Assembly (NCBI GenBank): GCA_963828255.1
Contig: CAWHDZ010000020.1
Location: forward strand, 1 to 45,564
Source: an uncultured delta proteobacterium
GTDB lineage: Bacteria > Myxococcota > Myxococcia > Myxococcales > Anaeromyxobacteraceae
Direction: 5' to 3'
Length of the DNA stretch: 45,564 nucleotides
Position 1 is the first letter of the stretch; each line of letters starts with the position of its first letter. A program made the translations under genes and the position numbers. The notes under the pieces were generated by a model. That model worked only from the letters and a program-made list of their open reading frames with translations, did not search any database and was not told the origin of the DNA. This document shows, one piece after another, positions 7,979 through 17,053 of this stretch.

Positions 7979-9322
7979 CTAGTCCGCCGGGGCCGCGTCG
8001 GGGTCCACGAAGACGCGCCCGTCGCCGGTGAGTTCCACCATCACCGGGGACCCGGGCGAGGGAGCGGTGGCCGCCACCCCGTCCACGCCTCCCAGCAGGC
8101 CGATGCGGGGGGTGACCGCGCCCATCCAGCCCACCAGCGCCGACGGGGGGACCCGCAGCGACTCGCTCCCTGAGACCTCGATGGCCACCGGTGCTCCGGC
8201 GGTGCGGAGAAGCATGCGCCCGCGCCCTCGCAGGTGCACGAGGTCGAGGTCGCGGGAGTGGCGCGACGGCACGCGGCCGTTCTCGAAGATCACCGCCTCC
8301 TCGAGGGCGAAGACCGCGCCTTCGCGGAAGTAGCCGGTGTCCCCGGCCAGATCCACCACCGTGAAGACCCAGCCGCCGGTCCGGAAGAAGAGCGCCCCCT
8401 CCCCGGCCATGCGGTTCATGCGGTCGCGCCCCGCGCCGAAGGGCTTCTCGGTCACCTTCCCGCGGAAGCGCTTCACCTCGGGGTGGGCCGTCACCGCGCC
8501 GCGCACCGCGAAGAGCCCGTCGATCCGGCACACCAGCTCGCCGCGCACCGCGACGTGGAGGATCCCCTCGTCCACCGCGAACACCTCCGGCGGCGGGCGC
8601 ACCGTGCAGCCGGCGGCGAAGGCCCCGAGCCCTCCGGGAGCCACGGGGGAGCGCAGGGGCTGCGGGGTGGGCGACGGTCGAGGCACCGGGCTCGGTGCCG
8701 GAGTCGGCGAGGGTCGTGCCACTGCGGGTGCGGCTGCTGCTGCGGTCGCGGCGGCGGTCAGGATCGCGGCCGAGCTGGATGGCGCCGGCGTGGGTCGGGT
8801 CACTGCGGGTGCAGCGGTGGCGGCGGCTGTTGCTGCGCCCTGATCGGCCAGGAGCGCGTCGCAGCGGGCCAGGAGCGGAGCGCTGCCGGACTTCTCGAGC
8901 CACGGGCGCGCGGCCCGGGGGTCACCCGACTCGAGCAGCGCGAGCCCCAGGTAGCCCATGGACTTGCGGTGATCCGGGTCGAGGTCGAGCGCGATGGAGA
9001 ACTGGCGCACCGCCTCGGGACGGCGTCCACCCTTCAGCCAGGCCAGCCCCAGGTTCACCCGCCCCGAGACCTCGGCGGGATTCTCGTCCACGAGCTTCCC
9101 GTAGGCTTCGGCCGCCTCCTCGTAGAGACCGGCCCGGTAGCAGGCCTGGCCGAACAGCCCGAGCGCGGCGACGTCCCGCGGCAGCCGGTCGGCCGCCTTG
9201 CGGAGCGAGTCCCTGGCGCCCTCCGCGTCTCCCGCGGCGAGCCGCTCCTCCCCCTGCTCGAGGAGGTGCTGGAACTCCTGGTCGGCCGCGGAGATCGCCT
9301 CTTCGGTCGCAGCGATGGTCAC
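7979..9322 (-). CDS. TPR-repeat protein with Ala/Pro linker and C-terminal AIM24-family domain
   Basis: TPR motifs (FGQACYRAGLYEEAAEAY, NLGLAWLKGG). C-terminal FREGAVFALE...LDLVHLRGRG...LVGWMG...VELTGDGRV resembles AIM24. Confidence 0.75.
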   Translation of the reverse strand: MTIAATEEAISAADQEFQHLLEQGEERLAAGDAEGARDSLRKAADRLPRDVAALGLFGQACYRAGLYEEAAEAYGKLVDENPAEVSGRVNLGLAWLKGGRRPEAVRQFSIALDLDPDHRKSMGYLGLALLESGDPRAARPWLEKSGSAPLLARCDALLADQGAATAAATAAPAVTRPTPAPSSSAAILTAAATAAAAAPAVARPSPTPAPSPVPRPSPTPQPLRSPVAPGGLGAFAAGCTVRPPPEVFAVDEGILHVAVRGELVCRIDGLFAVRGAVTAHPEVKRFRGKVTEKPFGAGRDRMNRMAGEGALFFRTGGWVFTVVDLAGDTGYFREGAVFALEEAVIFENGRVPSRHSRDLDLVHLRGRGRMLLRTAGAPVAIEVSGSESLRVPPSALVGWMGAVTPRIGLLGGVDGVAATAPSPGSPVMVELTGDGRVFVDPDAAPAD

Positions 9323-9963
9323 CCGTCCCCCCTGGCGTTCTGGCGCTTCAGGCTCTCGTAGATCTCGATGACCCTTCGCACGTACTCCTGGGTCTCCGGA
9401 TAGCTGGGCACCCCTCCCGCCCGCTTCACCGCATCCGGACCCGCATTGTAGGCGGCGAGCGTCATCACGAGGTCACCCTGGTACTGGTTCGCCAGGGTGC
9501 GCAGGTACCGGGCGCCCCCGTCGATGTTCTCCTCCGGGCTCCACACGTCGCGCACGTACATGTCCTTGGCCGTCCCGGGCATGAGCTGCATGAGCCCCTG
9601 GGCGCCCTTCACCGAGAGCGCCCTGGGCTGGTAGGCCGACTCCACCTGCATCACCGCGTGGAGCAGCTCCTCGGAGAGCTTGTACTTGTCGGCGGCCCGG
9701 CGGACGTGCTCGGTGTAGAGGGCGGGAGCACGCTGGATGGCCCTCACGTCGGCCCCCACGGACCACGCCGCGCTCCGGGTCGTGGACGAGGTCCCGCGAA
9801 CCCTCGTCGTCTTCACCCTGCCGACGCAGCGGTGCCGCTCCACGTTGCCGAAGACCCGGACCCCGTCGGCGTCCTTGCAGGCGAAGATCTCGTCCGCCCC
9901 GGCACCGGGGGTGGGGGCGAGCACCATCGTGCCCAGCAGGAGCATGGCGGGGAGGCGGGTCAT
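9319..9963 (-). CDS. Lytic transglycosylase (SLT domain) with N-terminal DUF4124-like segment
   Basis: AVMQVESAY, SVKGAQGLMQLMPGTA, LAAYNAGPDAV, ETQEYV; signal peptide; GGGAGG RBS before ATG 9963. Confidence 0.93.
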   Translation of the reverse strand: MTRLPAMLLLGTMVLAPTPGAGADEIFACKDADGVRVFGNVERHRCVGRVKTTRVRGTSSTTRSAAWSVGADVRAIQRAPALYTEHVRRAADKYKLSEELLHAVMQVESAYQPRALSVKGAQGLMQLMPGTAKDMYVRDVWSPEENIDGGARYLRTLANQYQGDLVMTLAAYNAGPDAVKRAGGVPSYPETQEYVRRVIEIYESLKRQNARGDG

Positions 9964-10035
9964 GTGAACCCTCCCAGGGTACCGCCGGGAGCCCCCCCGG
10001 GACAACTTCCGGGGTGCGTGCTAGGGATCGCGGCC

Positions 10036-11655
10036 ATGTCCACGACATCGCGCGAGCACGTCGATTTCCTGGTCCTTGGTGGGGGGGTGGCAGGGCTCTC
10101 CTTCGCCCTCGAGGCGGCGCAGCACGGCACCGTCCTCGTCCTGACCAAGCGGAATCGCCAGGAGGGCAACACCCAGTACGCCCAGGGCGGGGTGGCCGCG
10201 GTCCTCGGCCCCGACGACGCCTTCCCCCTCCACGTCGAGGACACGCTGGTCGCCGGCGCCGGGCTCTGCCACCTCGACGCGGTCCAGGTCACGGTGGAGG
10301 AGGCCCCGGAGCGGATCCGCTGGCTCCAGTCCCTGGGCGTCGAGTTCGACCGGGAATCCCCCGATCGGCTGCACCTCACCCGGGAGGGCGGGCACTCGCG
10401 GCGCCGCGTCGCCCACGCCAAGGACACCACGGGCAAGGAGATCGAGAAGAAGATGCTGGCGGCCTGCGCGGCGGCCGGCATCCGCATCGAGGAGGACCAG
10501 GTCGCCATCGACGTCATCACCAGCGAGCGGGCCGGCGCGGCCGGACCGAACCGTGCGCTGGGCGCCTACGTCATCGATCGGGCCACCGGCGCCATCCGCA
10601 CCATCACGGCCTCGGTGACCGTCCTCGCCACCGGCGGGGCCGGGAAGGTCTACCTCTACACCTCGAACCCCGACGTCGCGACCGGCGACGGGGTGGCCAT
10701 GGGCTACCGGGCCGGAGCCTCCATCGCCAACATGGAGTTCTTCCAGTTCCACCCCACCTGCCTCTTCCACCCCGACGCCAAGAGCTTCCTCATCTCCGAG
10801 GCGCTCCGCGGCGAGGGAGGGATCCTGCGCAACAAGGCGGGCGAAGCGTTCATGATCCGCTACGACCCGCGCAAGGAGCTGGCGCCGCGGGACATCGTGG
10901 CCCGCTCCATCGACGCCGAGGTGAAGCGGCGCGGCGACGACTGCGCCTTCCTCGACATGACCCACCTGCCGAAGGGGTTCCTGCTCGACCACTTCCCGCA
11001 CATCTACCAGACCTGCCGGGAGTTCGGCATCGACATGGCCGTGCAGCCCATCCCGGTGGTCCCCGCCGCTCACTACCAGTGCGGGGGCGTGGTCACCGAC
11101 CTCTCCGGGCGCACCGGCGTGCCCAACCTGCTCGCGGTGGGCGAGGTGGCCTGCACCGGCCTCCACGGCGCCAACCGCCTGGCCTCCAACTCGGTGCTGG
11201 AGGGGCTGGTCTTCGGGCGGCGCGCCGCGCTGGCCGCCGTCGAGCTCCTCGCCGAGAAGCGCCCTCCCCCGCCGGTCCCGGACTGGAACCCGGGCGACGC
11301 GCTGGCCCCCGACGAGGGCGTGGTGGTGGCCCACAACTGGGACGAGCTGCGCAGGCTCATGTGGAACTACGTGGGCATCGTGCGCTCGGTGAAGCGGCTG
11401 GAGCGGGCCCGGACCCGGCTGCGCATCCTCCGCTCCGAGATCCGCGAGTACTACTGGCGCTACCAGGTCACGCCCGACCTGGTGGAGCTGCGCAACCTGG
11501 CCGACGTGGCGCTGCTCATCGTGCAGTGCGCGCTGCGCCGGGGCGAGTCGCGCGGCCTCCACTACCTGCTCGACCACCCGGCCCCCGACGACCGCTTCCT
11601 GAAGGACACCGTGGTCCACCGGGGCGAGCTGGAGGAGGCGGCGCCCCGCGCCTGA
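10036..11655 (+). CDS. nadB: L-aspartate oxidase
   Basis: GGGVAGL, YAQGGVAAV, LTREGGHSRRRVAH, FQFHPT, PAAHYQCGGV, GLHGANRLASNS, ESRGLHY. Confidence 0.97.
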   Translation: MSTTSREHVDFLVLGGGVAGLSFALEAAQHGTVLVLTKRNRQEGNTQYAQGGVAAVLGPDDAFPLHVEDTLVAGAGLCHLDAVQVTVEEAPERIRWLQSLGVEFDRESPDRLHLTREGGHSRRRVAHAKDTTGKEIEKKMLAACAAAGIRIEEDQVAIDVITSERAGAAGPNRALGAYVIDRATGAIRTITASVTVLATGGAGKVYLYTSNPDVATGDGVAMGYRAGASIANMEFFQFHPTCLFHPDAKSFLISEALRGEGGILRNKAGEAFMIRYDPRKELAPRDIVARSIDAEVKRRGDDCAFLDMTHLPKGFLLDHFPHIYQTCREFGIDMAVQPIPVVPAAHYQCGGVVTDLSGRTGVPNLLAVGEVACTGLHGANRLASNSVLEGLVFGRRAALAAVELLAEKRPPPPVPDWNPGDALAPDEGVVVAHNWDELRRLMWNYVGIVRSVKRLERARTRLRILRSEIREYYWRYQVTPDLVELRNLADVALLIVQCALRRGESRGLHYLLDHPAPDDRFLKDTVVHRGELEEAAPRA

Positions 11656-11680
11656 CCACGCCGGTCGCGGGGGGTTCGGC

Positions 11681-12280
11681 TCAGCGGGCGAGCGGCTCCC
11701 AGGACATCCGGAGGGTGCCGAGCGCTCCGGCGATGCGCAGCTCGAAGGGCAGCGTCGAGAGCGGCGCCTGGCCCGGGAACTTCGGGAACCGGACCCGGTA
11801 CAGCGTGACGAACTCGGTGACGTAGGGGTAGAGGGCCTGGAGGGTGGGGTCCCGCTTCACGACCAGCACCTTGACCGGGACCGCCTGCTCGCTTCCGTTC
11901 ACCAGGAGCGCGACCCGCCAGGTGCCCTTGTCGGTGGCGAGGTCGTTGGCCCGCCGGTCGTCGGTGAAGAAGGCCAGCAGGAACTCCTCCCCCTCGGCCG
12001 CCTCGGCCCGTTCCCGGGCGAGGAGCGCCTCCCTCTCGGCCGCCAACATCCCCTTCCACTCGGCGAGCCGGTCCACCCGTGCGACCCGCACCGCGTCCGA
12101 CTGCCAGGTGGCGGTGGCGAAGGCCACGTCGTCGAGCACGTCGTAGAGCTTGGCGGTGCGGGTGGCGCCGTCGCGGGCCGTGGCCCAGGCCCCTTCCCGC
12201 GTGGACGGGTCGGTCGCCGGCGTGAGGTAGGTGCAGGCCGATGCGGAGAGGAGCAGCGCGAGCAGCAGGAACCGCTTCAT
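11681..12280 (-). CDS. Hypothetical lipoprotein
   Basis: MKRFLLLALLLSASAC lipobox; 8 bp downstream of the pyrE stop. Confidence 0.75.
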   Translation of the reverse strand: MKRFLLLALLLSASACTYLTPATDPSTREGAWATARDGATRTAKLYDVLDDVAFATATWQSDAVRVARVDRLAEWKGMLAAEREALLARERAEAAEGEEFLLAFFTDDRRANDLATDKGTWRVALLVNGSEQAVPVKVLVVKRDPTLQALYPYVTEFVTLYRVRFPKFPGQAPLSTLPFELRIAGALGTLRMSWEPLAR

Positions 12281-12288
12281 GTCCGGCA

Positions 12289-12849
12289 CTATCCCAGAAA
12301 ATCGCGCCGGGTGAAGAGCGCGTCCACCGGGACCCCGAGGGCCTCGATGGCCTCCCGCCCCCCCTCCATCCGGTCCACCAGGGCGAAGCACCCCGCCACC
12401 ACCAGCCCCTCGGCCCGGCAGCGCTCGATGGCCTTGATGGCGCTTCCACCGGTGGTGATGACGTCCTCGAGCACCGCCACCCGGCTGCCGTCGGGGATGG
12501 TCTTGCGCCCCTCGATCCACTGGCCGGTGCCGTGCCCCTTGGGTTCCTTGCGCACGATGAAGGCGTCCACCGGCTCGGAGGCCAGGAAGCTCGTGTAGGC
12601 CACGGCGCTCGCCAGCGGGTCGGCGCCCAGCGTGAGGCCGCCGGCCCCGCGCAGGAGCGGCTTCACCTGCCGGATGCGGTCGAAGAGGAGCCGCCCCACC
12701 AGCACGTGTCCCTCGGCGGTGAGGGCGGTTCGCTTGCAGTCCACGTAGAAGTCGCTCTCCTTCCCGGAGGCGAGGATCACCTTGCGCCGCTCGAAGGAGA
12801 GCTCCCGCATGAGCACGAGGAGGCGGGCGCGATCGTGGGCCAGGTTCAT
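12289..12849 (-). CDS. pyrE: Orotate phosphoribosyltransferase
   Basis: LASGKESDFYVD, FIVRKEPKGHGT, PRPP-binding VLEDVITTGGS. Confidence 0.96.
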   Translation of the reverse strand: MNLAHDRARLLVLMRELSFERRKVILASGKESDFYVDCKRTALTAEGHVLVGRLLFDRIRQVKPLLRGAGGLTLGADPLASAVAYTSFLASEPVDAFIVRKEPKGHGTGQWIEGRKTIPDGSRVAVLEDVITTGGSAIKAIERCRAEGLVVAGCFALVDRMEGGREAIEALGVPVDALFTRRDFLG

Positions 12850-13448
12850 CGGTTCTCCTTCTCGAGGAGCGGGAGGATGCGGACCAGGTAGCGGAGCTGC
12901 TCGAGCACGAGCTTCCGCCCCTCGGGCGGGAGCGCGCCCCAGGACTCGTAGGCGGCGGCCACGTCTCCGTTCAGCTCGTAGGCGCGGACGGCCAGCCCGT
13001 GGGTGAAGGCGGCCGGGTCGGCGGCGGGAAGGGGGCGGGCCACGCGCTTCTCGCCCGCGCGGCGCCTGGCCGCGCCCAGGGCCGGCTCGGCCCAGGGGAC
13101 ATGGGTGCGGACCTTGGCGGCGACGGCGTCGAGGTCGGCCGGGCTCCAGGGCTGGCCGAAGGCGGGGCCGGAGAGGGCCAGCGCCCAGGCGTCCTCGTCG
13201 GGGAGGACTGCGTGGACGCGGGCCAGGACCCGGTCGCGCTGGAGGAGCCTCAGGGCCTCGACGCGCCGGAAGCCGGAGACCACCTGGAAGCGCCTCCCCT
13301 CCCCGTCCGGCCGGGGGAGAGGGCGCAGCTCCACCGGCGTCAGCTGGCCGAGGCGCCCGATGGCGACCGCCAGCTCCGAGACGTCGCCGGTCTCCCGGAG
13401 ACGGAAGGTCGGGTCGGGAGCGATCTCCTCGAGCGGGACGTGCTGCAC
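12846..13448 (-). CDS. PadC-like ParB/Srx-domain protein
   Basis: ParB N-domain motifs GQLTPVELR and VVSGFRRVEAL; no HTH recognised; directly downstream of a bactofilin gene, as M. xanthus padC is. Confidence 0.8.
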   Translation of the reverse strand: MQHVPLEEIAPDPTFRLRETGDVSELAVAIGRLGQLTPVELRPLPRPDGEGRRFQVVSGFRRVEALRLLQRDRVLARVHAVLPDEDAWALALSGPAFGQPWSPADLDAVAAKVRTHVPWAEPALGAARRRAGEKRVARPLPAADPAAFTHGLAVRAYELNGDVAAAYESWGALPPEGRKLVLEQLRYLVRILPLLEKENR

Positions 13449-13449
13449 G

Positions 13450-13659
13450 CTACGTCCCGGAGGTGTCCACGTCGCCCTGGAAGACGGCCCCGTCCACGAT
13501 GACGACGCGTGGCGCGCGGATGTCGGCGCGGACCTCGGAGTCGGCCTCGAGCCGCACCGTCCCGCCCATGGCCACGCGCCCGCGCAGGCTTCCCCGGACC
13601 ACGAGGTCGCCCGGGCCCCGGACCTCGCCCTCGATGGACGTCCCCGGGCCCACCACCAT
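13450..13659 (-). CDS. Short bactofilin (polymer-forming cytoskeletal protein); start uncertain (ATG 13659 or ACG 13701)
   Basis: VVGPGTSIEGEVRGPGDLVVRGSLRGRV...ADIRAPRVVIVDGAVFQGDVD matches the bactofilin pattern, but only about 4 repeats are present. Confidence 0.8.
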   Translation of the reverse strand: MVVGPGTSIEGEVRGPGDLVVRGSLRGRVAMGGTVRLEADSEVRADIRAPRVVIVDGAVFQGDVDTSGT

Positions 13660-13748
13660 GGGCGTGCCCTCCGGCGCGGCGGTCTCGTTCTCGGTGCTCG
13701 TGGCGTGCCTCCCTCGGCGATCAGGATAGGAGGCGCACCTCGCCCCGG

Positions 13749-14626
13749 TCAATGCGTTCCTGGGGCGCTCCGCGCGGAGATCCACTCCACCGCGTCGGCG
13801 ATGGGGGCGGCGCGCCCCGCTCGTTGAAGATCTCGTGCTCGAACCCGACGTACTCCTTCAGCGTCTTGTCCTTCGAGCCCACCGCGGCGAAGAACTCGGC
13901 GGAGGCCGCGCCGTCGGCGATCCGATCGCCGGTGCCGAGCAGGAGGAGCAGCGGCCGGTCGAAGCGGGCCATTTCCTTCCTGAGCCCGGCCTGGGCCCTC
14001 CCCGACTCGGTGAACCAGCGCGGCGTGGCCTTGCGCTGGTAGAGCGGGTCGGTGTCGCTCCAGGCCTGCATCTCGGGATCCGAGGTGAGCGTGGCCAGGT
14101 CGAGGCCGGCGTCCACCGGCAGGTGCGGGATGATCTTCCCGACGAGCAGCGCCGACCAGACCTTCACCTTGGGTGGATCGATGGCGAGCCGGAAGTAGGG
14201 GTTGGAGAGCACCACGCCGTCCACCGACCGTCCGCCCTCGAGGGCCCAGTGGGCGGCGATGTGCCCCCCCTGGCTGTGGGCCACCACGAAGATCTTCCTG
14301 CCGGCCGCCTCCGACCGCACCTGGGCGGCGAAGGCGTCGAGGTCGGCCAGGTAGTCCTCGAAGCGGTCCACGTACCAGCGCTTGCCGCCGGAGCGGCCGT
14401 GCCCCCGGAAGTCGAGCAGCGCCACCTCGTGTCCGGCCCGCACCAGCGCGTCGGTGACGCCGGCGTAGCGACCCAGGTGGTCTCCGGCCCCGTGGAGGAC
14501 GAGAACGGTGGATCGCGGCCCGGGAGGCGTGTAGCGCTCCCAGTGAATCTCGGGGCCACCCGGCGCGCGCACGGCGCCCTGGGTGTGGCGCGCCAGGTCG
14601 GCGCCGGGAAAGACGGGGACGGCCAC
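13749..14626 (-). CDS. Lysophospholipase-like alpha/beta hydrolase (Hydrolase_4); 1-bp frameshift near the 3' end, probably a sequencing error
   Basis: LHGAGDHLGRY, DFRGHGRSGG, AHSQGG, GTGDRIAD, HEIFNE. Adding one base to the C4 run at 13815-13818 gives NERGRAAPIADAVEWI...stop 13749. Confidence 0.85.
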
Positions 14627-14628
14627 GT

Positions 14629-16395
14629 TCACCTCCGGGCCGGGCGGACGTCGCCGCCGGGCAGTTCGCGAAGCTTCTTCTCGAGGCCGGCCCGCTGGTC
14701 CGGCACGTCGGCCTCGGCCCCGTCCTCGAGGGCCTGGATGGCGCGGCGCCAGGCCCGCGCCGCGTCGGCGTCCCTGCGGGTGCGAAGGTAGGCGTCCCCC
14801 AGGTGCTCGAGGATGGTGGGCTCGGGCCCGGAGAGCGCCTCGGCCTTCTCGAGGGTGATGACGGCGCCGGCGACGTCGCCGCGCTGGAACTGGATCCAGC
14901 CCAGCGAGTCGAGGAAGGAGCCGTTTTCCGGCTCGATCTCCAGCGCACGGGTGACGAGCACCTCGGCCTCGTCGAGCCGCTCCCCCTTCTCGGCCAGGCT
15001 GTACCCCACGAAGTTCATGGCCTCGGCGTTGTCCGGCGACTCCTCGATGAGCCTGCGCATGGTGGCGATGGCGCCCGGGCGGTCGCCGGCCCGGTCCTGG
15101 GCCACGCCCAGGGAGAAGAGGAGCCGCTCGTTTCGCGGCTGCGGCCGGAGCTGCGTCTCGAGGTAGCTCACCGCCTCGGCGGCCCGTCCGGCCCGCTCGA
15201 GGACGTAGGCGCGGGCCGTGACCAGGCGTGCGTCCCCGGGGCGCCCGGCGAGCGCCGCGTCGAGGAGCGAGAGCCCGGCGGCCGCCTTGCCCGACTGGGC
15301 GAGCACCGAGGCGTGGACGGCGATGGCCGCCACGTCGAGGTCGGGATCCCCGGTGGCCACGGCGCCGAAGGCCGCCGCGGCCTCTGCCCAGCGCCGCTCC
15401 TCCCGCAGCGCGAGCCCCCTGGCGTAGAGCAGCCGCCCGTCCACCGAGGTCCTGAGCCCCTCGTCCACCACCGCGATGGCGTCGGCCGGCCTGCGCGCGT
15501 CGAGCCAGGCAAAGGCCACCCGCACCCGGACCTCCACCTCGTGGGGCGCCACGTGGACGGCCTGCTCGAAGAAGGCCCGCGCGGCGTCGGAGTTGCCGGA
15601 GCGCAGCGAGAGGCGTCCCAGCGCGACCAGCCCCTCGGGGTCGTCGGGGTCCTGCCGGACGAGCCCTTCCCATGCCTTCCGGGCCTCCTCGTATCGCCGC
15701 CGCGACTCCTCCAGCTCGGCCAGGCGACGCCAGGCCTCGGTGTCCCGCCGCTCGACGGCCACCGCCCTCCGGTAGAGCGCCGCGGCGCGGTCGAGCTGCT
15801 TCTGGTCGGCGAGGACCCGTCCCAGGTCGCGCAGCGCCCCTGCCCCCTCCGCGGGCAGGAGCCGGGCCAGCTCCTCGAGGACGGCCTCGGCCCCCGGCCC
15901 ATCCCCGGCGTCGAGCCTGGCCTGGGCGAGCAGCCGGAAGGGGTCGGGGTCCACCGCCGCCTGGCCGGGCGCGGCGCGGGCGGCGAGCGCGGTCTGGACC
16001 TCGACGGCGGAGCGCAGGGCGCGCTCGGCGTCGACGGGTCGGCGGGCGATGGTGGCGGTCTTGCCCAGGATGAGCCAGGCCTCGGCGGCGGAGGGCCCGG
16101 CGGGATCGAGCTCGATGGCCTTGCGGGTCTCGGCCTCGGCGCCGGGGAGGTCCCCGGTGCGGGCCCGGGCCTCGGCGAGGGCGACGCGGAGGGCGGGCGC
16201 GGCGGGGTCGGCGAGGACCGCGGCGCGGTAGGAGTCGAGCGCCGACCGCCAGTCGCTCTGCTGCTCGGCGAGCCGGCCGCGGAGGTAGGCGGTGTAGGCG
16301 CGCGCCGAGACCCGGGGGGCCGCCGGTGGCGGCTCGCCCCACGCCGGCGCCGCGGCGAGCGCGACCAGGGTCGCGAGGAGGGGGAGGCGGGACAA
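14629..16395 (-). CDS. Exported multi-TPR protein
   Basis: TTG start, signal peptide, many TPRs, C-terminal AMNFVGYSLAE...DSLGWIQFQRG...EHLGDAY. Confidence 0.88.
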   Translation of the reverse strand: MSRLPLLATLVALAAAPAWGEPPPAAPRVSARAYTAYLRGRLAEQQSDWRSALDSYRAAVLADPAAPALRVALAEARARTGDLPGAEAETRKAIELDPAGPSAAEAWLILGKTATIARRPVDAERALRSAVEVQTALAARAAPGQAAVDPDPFRLLAQARLDAGDGPGAEAVLEELARLLPAEGAGALRDLGRVLADQKQLDRAAALYRRAVAVERRDTEAWRRLAELEESRRRYEEARKAWEGLVRQDPDDPEGLVALGRLSLRSGNSDAARAFFEQAVHVAPHEVEVRVRVAFAWLDARRPADAIAVVDEGLRTSVDGRLLYARGLALREERRWAEAAAAFGAVATGDPDLDVAAIAVHASVLAQSGKAAAGLSLLDAALAGRPGDARLVTARAYVLERAGRAAEAVSYLETQLRPQPRNERLLFSLGVAQDRAGDRPGAIATMRRLIEESPDNAEAMNFVGYSLAEKGERLDEAEVLVTRALEIEPENGSFLDSLGWIQFQRGDVAGAVITLEKAEALSGPEPTILEHLGDAYLRTRRDADAARAWRRAIQALEDGAEADVPDQRAGLEKKLRELPGGDVRPARR

Positions 16396-16427
16396 GGGAG
16401 GATCCTAGCGGCAGGAAGGGGAGCGCG

Positions 16428-17027
16428 CTAGGAGCGGCGCCGGGGCGTGGCGGCGGCCGCGGCGACGGCCTGCGTGGCAGCGGCGGCCAGCGCCCCGTCG
16501 GGGATGGGGGAGGCGAGCACCAGCTCGACCCCGGCAGCGCGCAGCCCCTGGACGTGCTCGGCCCGGGCGGCGGCCACCACCGGCGCCGAGGCCAGGCCGG
16601 GGTCGCCGCGCAGGCCGGCCAGCGTGTCGCCGCCGTCGGCGGGAGGATCGACCAGCACGACCAGGTCGGGCGAGAAGCGGGCGGCGGCCAGGCCGGCGGC
16701 GAATCCCGGGCTGGAGGGGTGGGCGACGATCCCCGCCTCCTGCAGCTGCCGGACGACGTGGTCCAGGGCCGGTCCGGCCTCGCCGACCACGAGCGCCTTC
16801 CTGCGCGCGTCCACCGCATCGGCCAGGTCGGCCGGCATGGGCATGCCGTGGCGCGACATGAAGGACGCGAGCTCCTCGCGCGCGATCCGGCGGTGTCCGC
16901 CGGGCGTCCGGTGGGCTTTCAGACGGCGCGCCTTGATCCAGTTCACGACGGTCGGCAGGGACACGCCGAGGACGTGGGCGGCCTCGAATGTTGTGTAGAA
17001 CCTGCGCATCTGCTGGCTGCTGAGCAT
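16428..17027 (-). CDS. Excisionase-like HTH (HTH_17) DNA-binding protein fused to a degenerate receiver domain
   Basis: FYTTFEAAHVLGVSLPTVVNWIKARRLKAHRTPGGHRRI, then a REC-like fold. The true start may be ATG 17009. Confidence 0.85.
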   Translation of the reverse strand: MLSSQQMRRFYTTFEAAHVLGVSLPTVVNWIKARRLKAHRTPGGHRRIAREELASFMSRHGMPMPADLADAVDARRKALVVGEAGPALDHVVRQLQEAGIVAHPSSPGFAAGLAAARFSPDLVVLVDPPADGGDTLAGLRGDPGLASAPVVAAARAEHVQGLRAAGVELVLASPIPDGALAAAATQAVAAAAATPRRRS

Positions 17028-17053
17028 ACACCAGACCGTGGTAAGGAAAGTCC

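Noticed and set aside
8640..8845. Repeated CACTGCGGGTGC and GCA/GCT-rich stretch
   Set aside because: It encodes the Ala/Pro/Thr linker (APAV twice) between the TPR and AIM24 domains; ordinary low-complexity linker.
8695..10035. Long N-terminal extension of nadB (986-aa ORF), and similar extensions on the hlyD, ABC, kinase, activator and MFS ORFs
   Set aside because: They overlap well-supported genes, and stop codons are scarce at this GC content. Family motifs begin only at the downstream starts reported.
13721..16819. 1032-aa ORF in the track
   Set aside because: Only the last ~300 aa (hydrolase) are real. The upstream part is an Arg/Pro/Gly-rich shadow frame of the TPR and HTH-REC genes.
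16428..17027. HTH_17 excisionase-like gene as a prophage marker
   Set aside because: It is fused to a receiver-like domain and embedded among core genes with no phage genes nearby, so a regulator is more likely.
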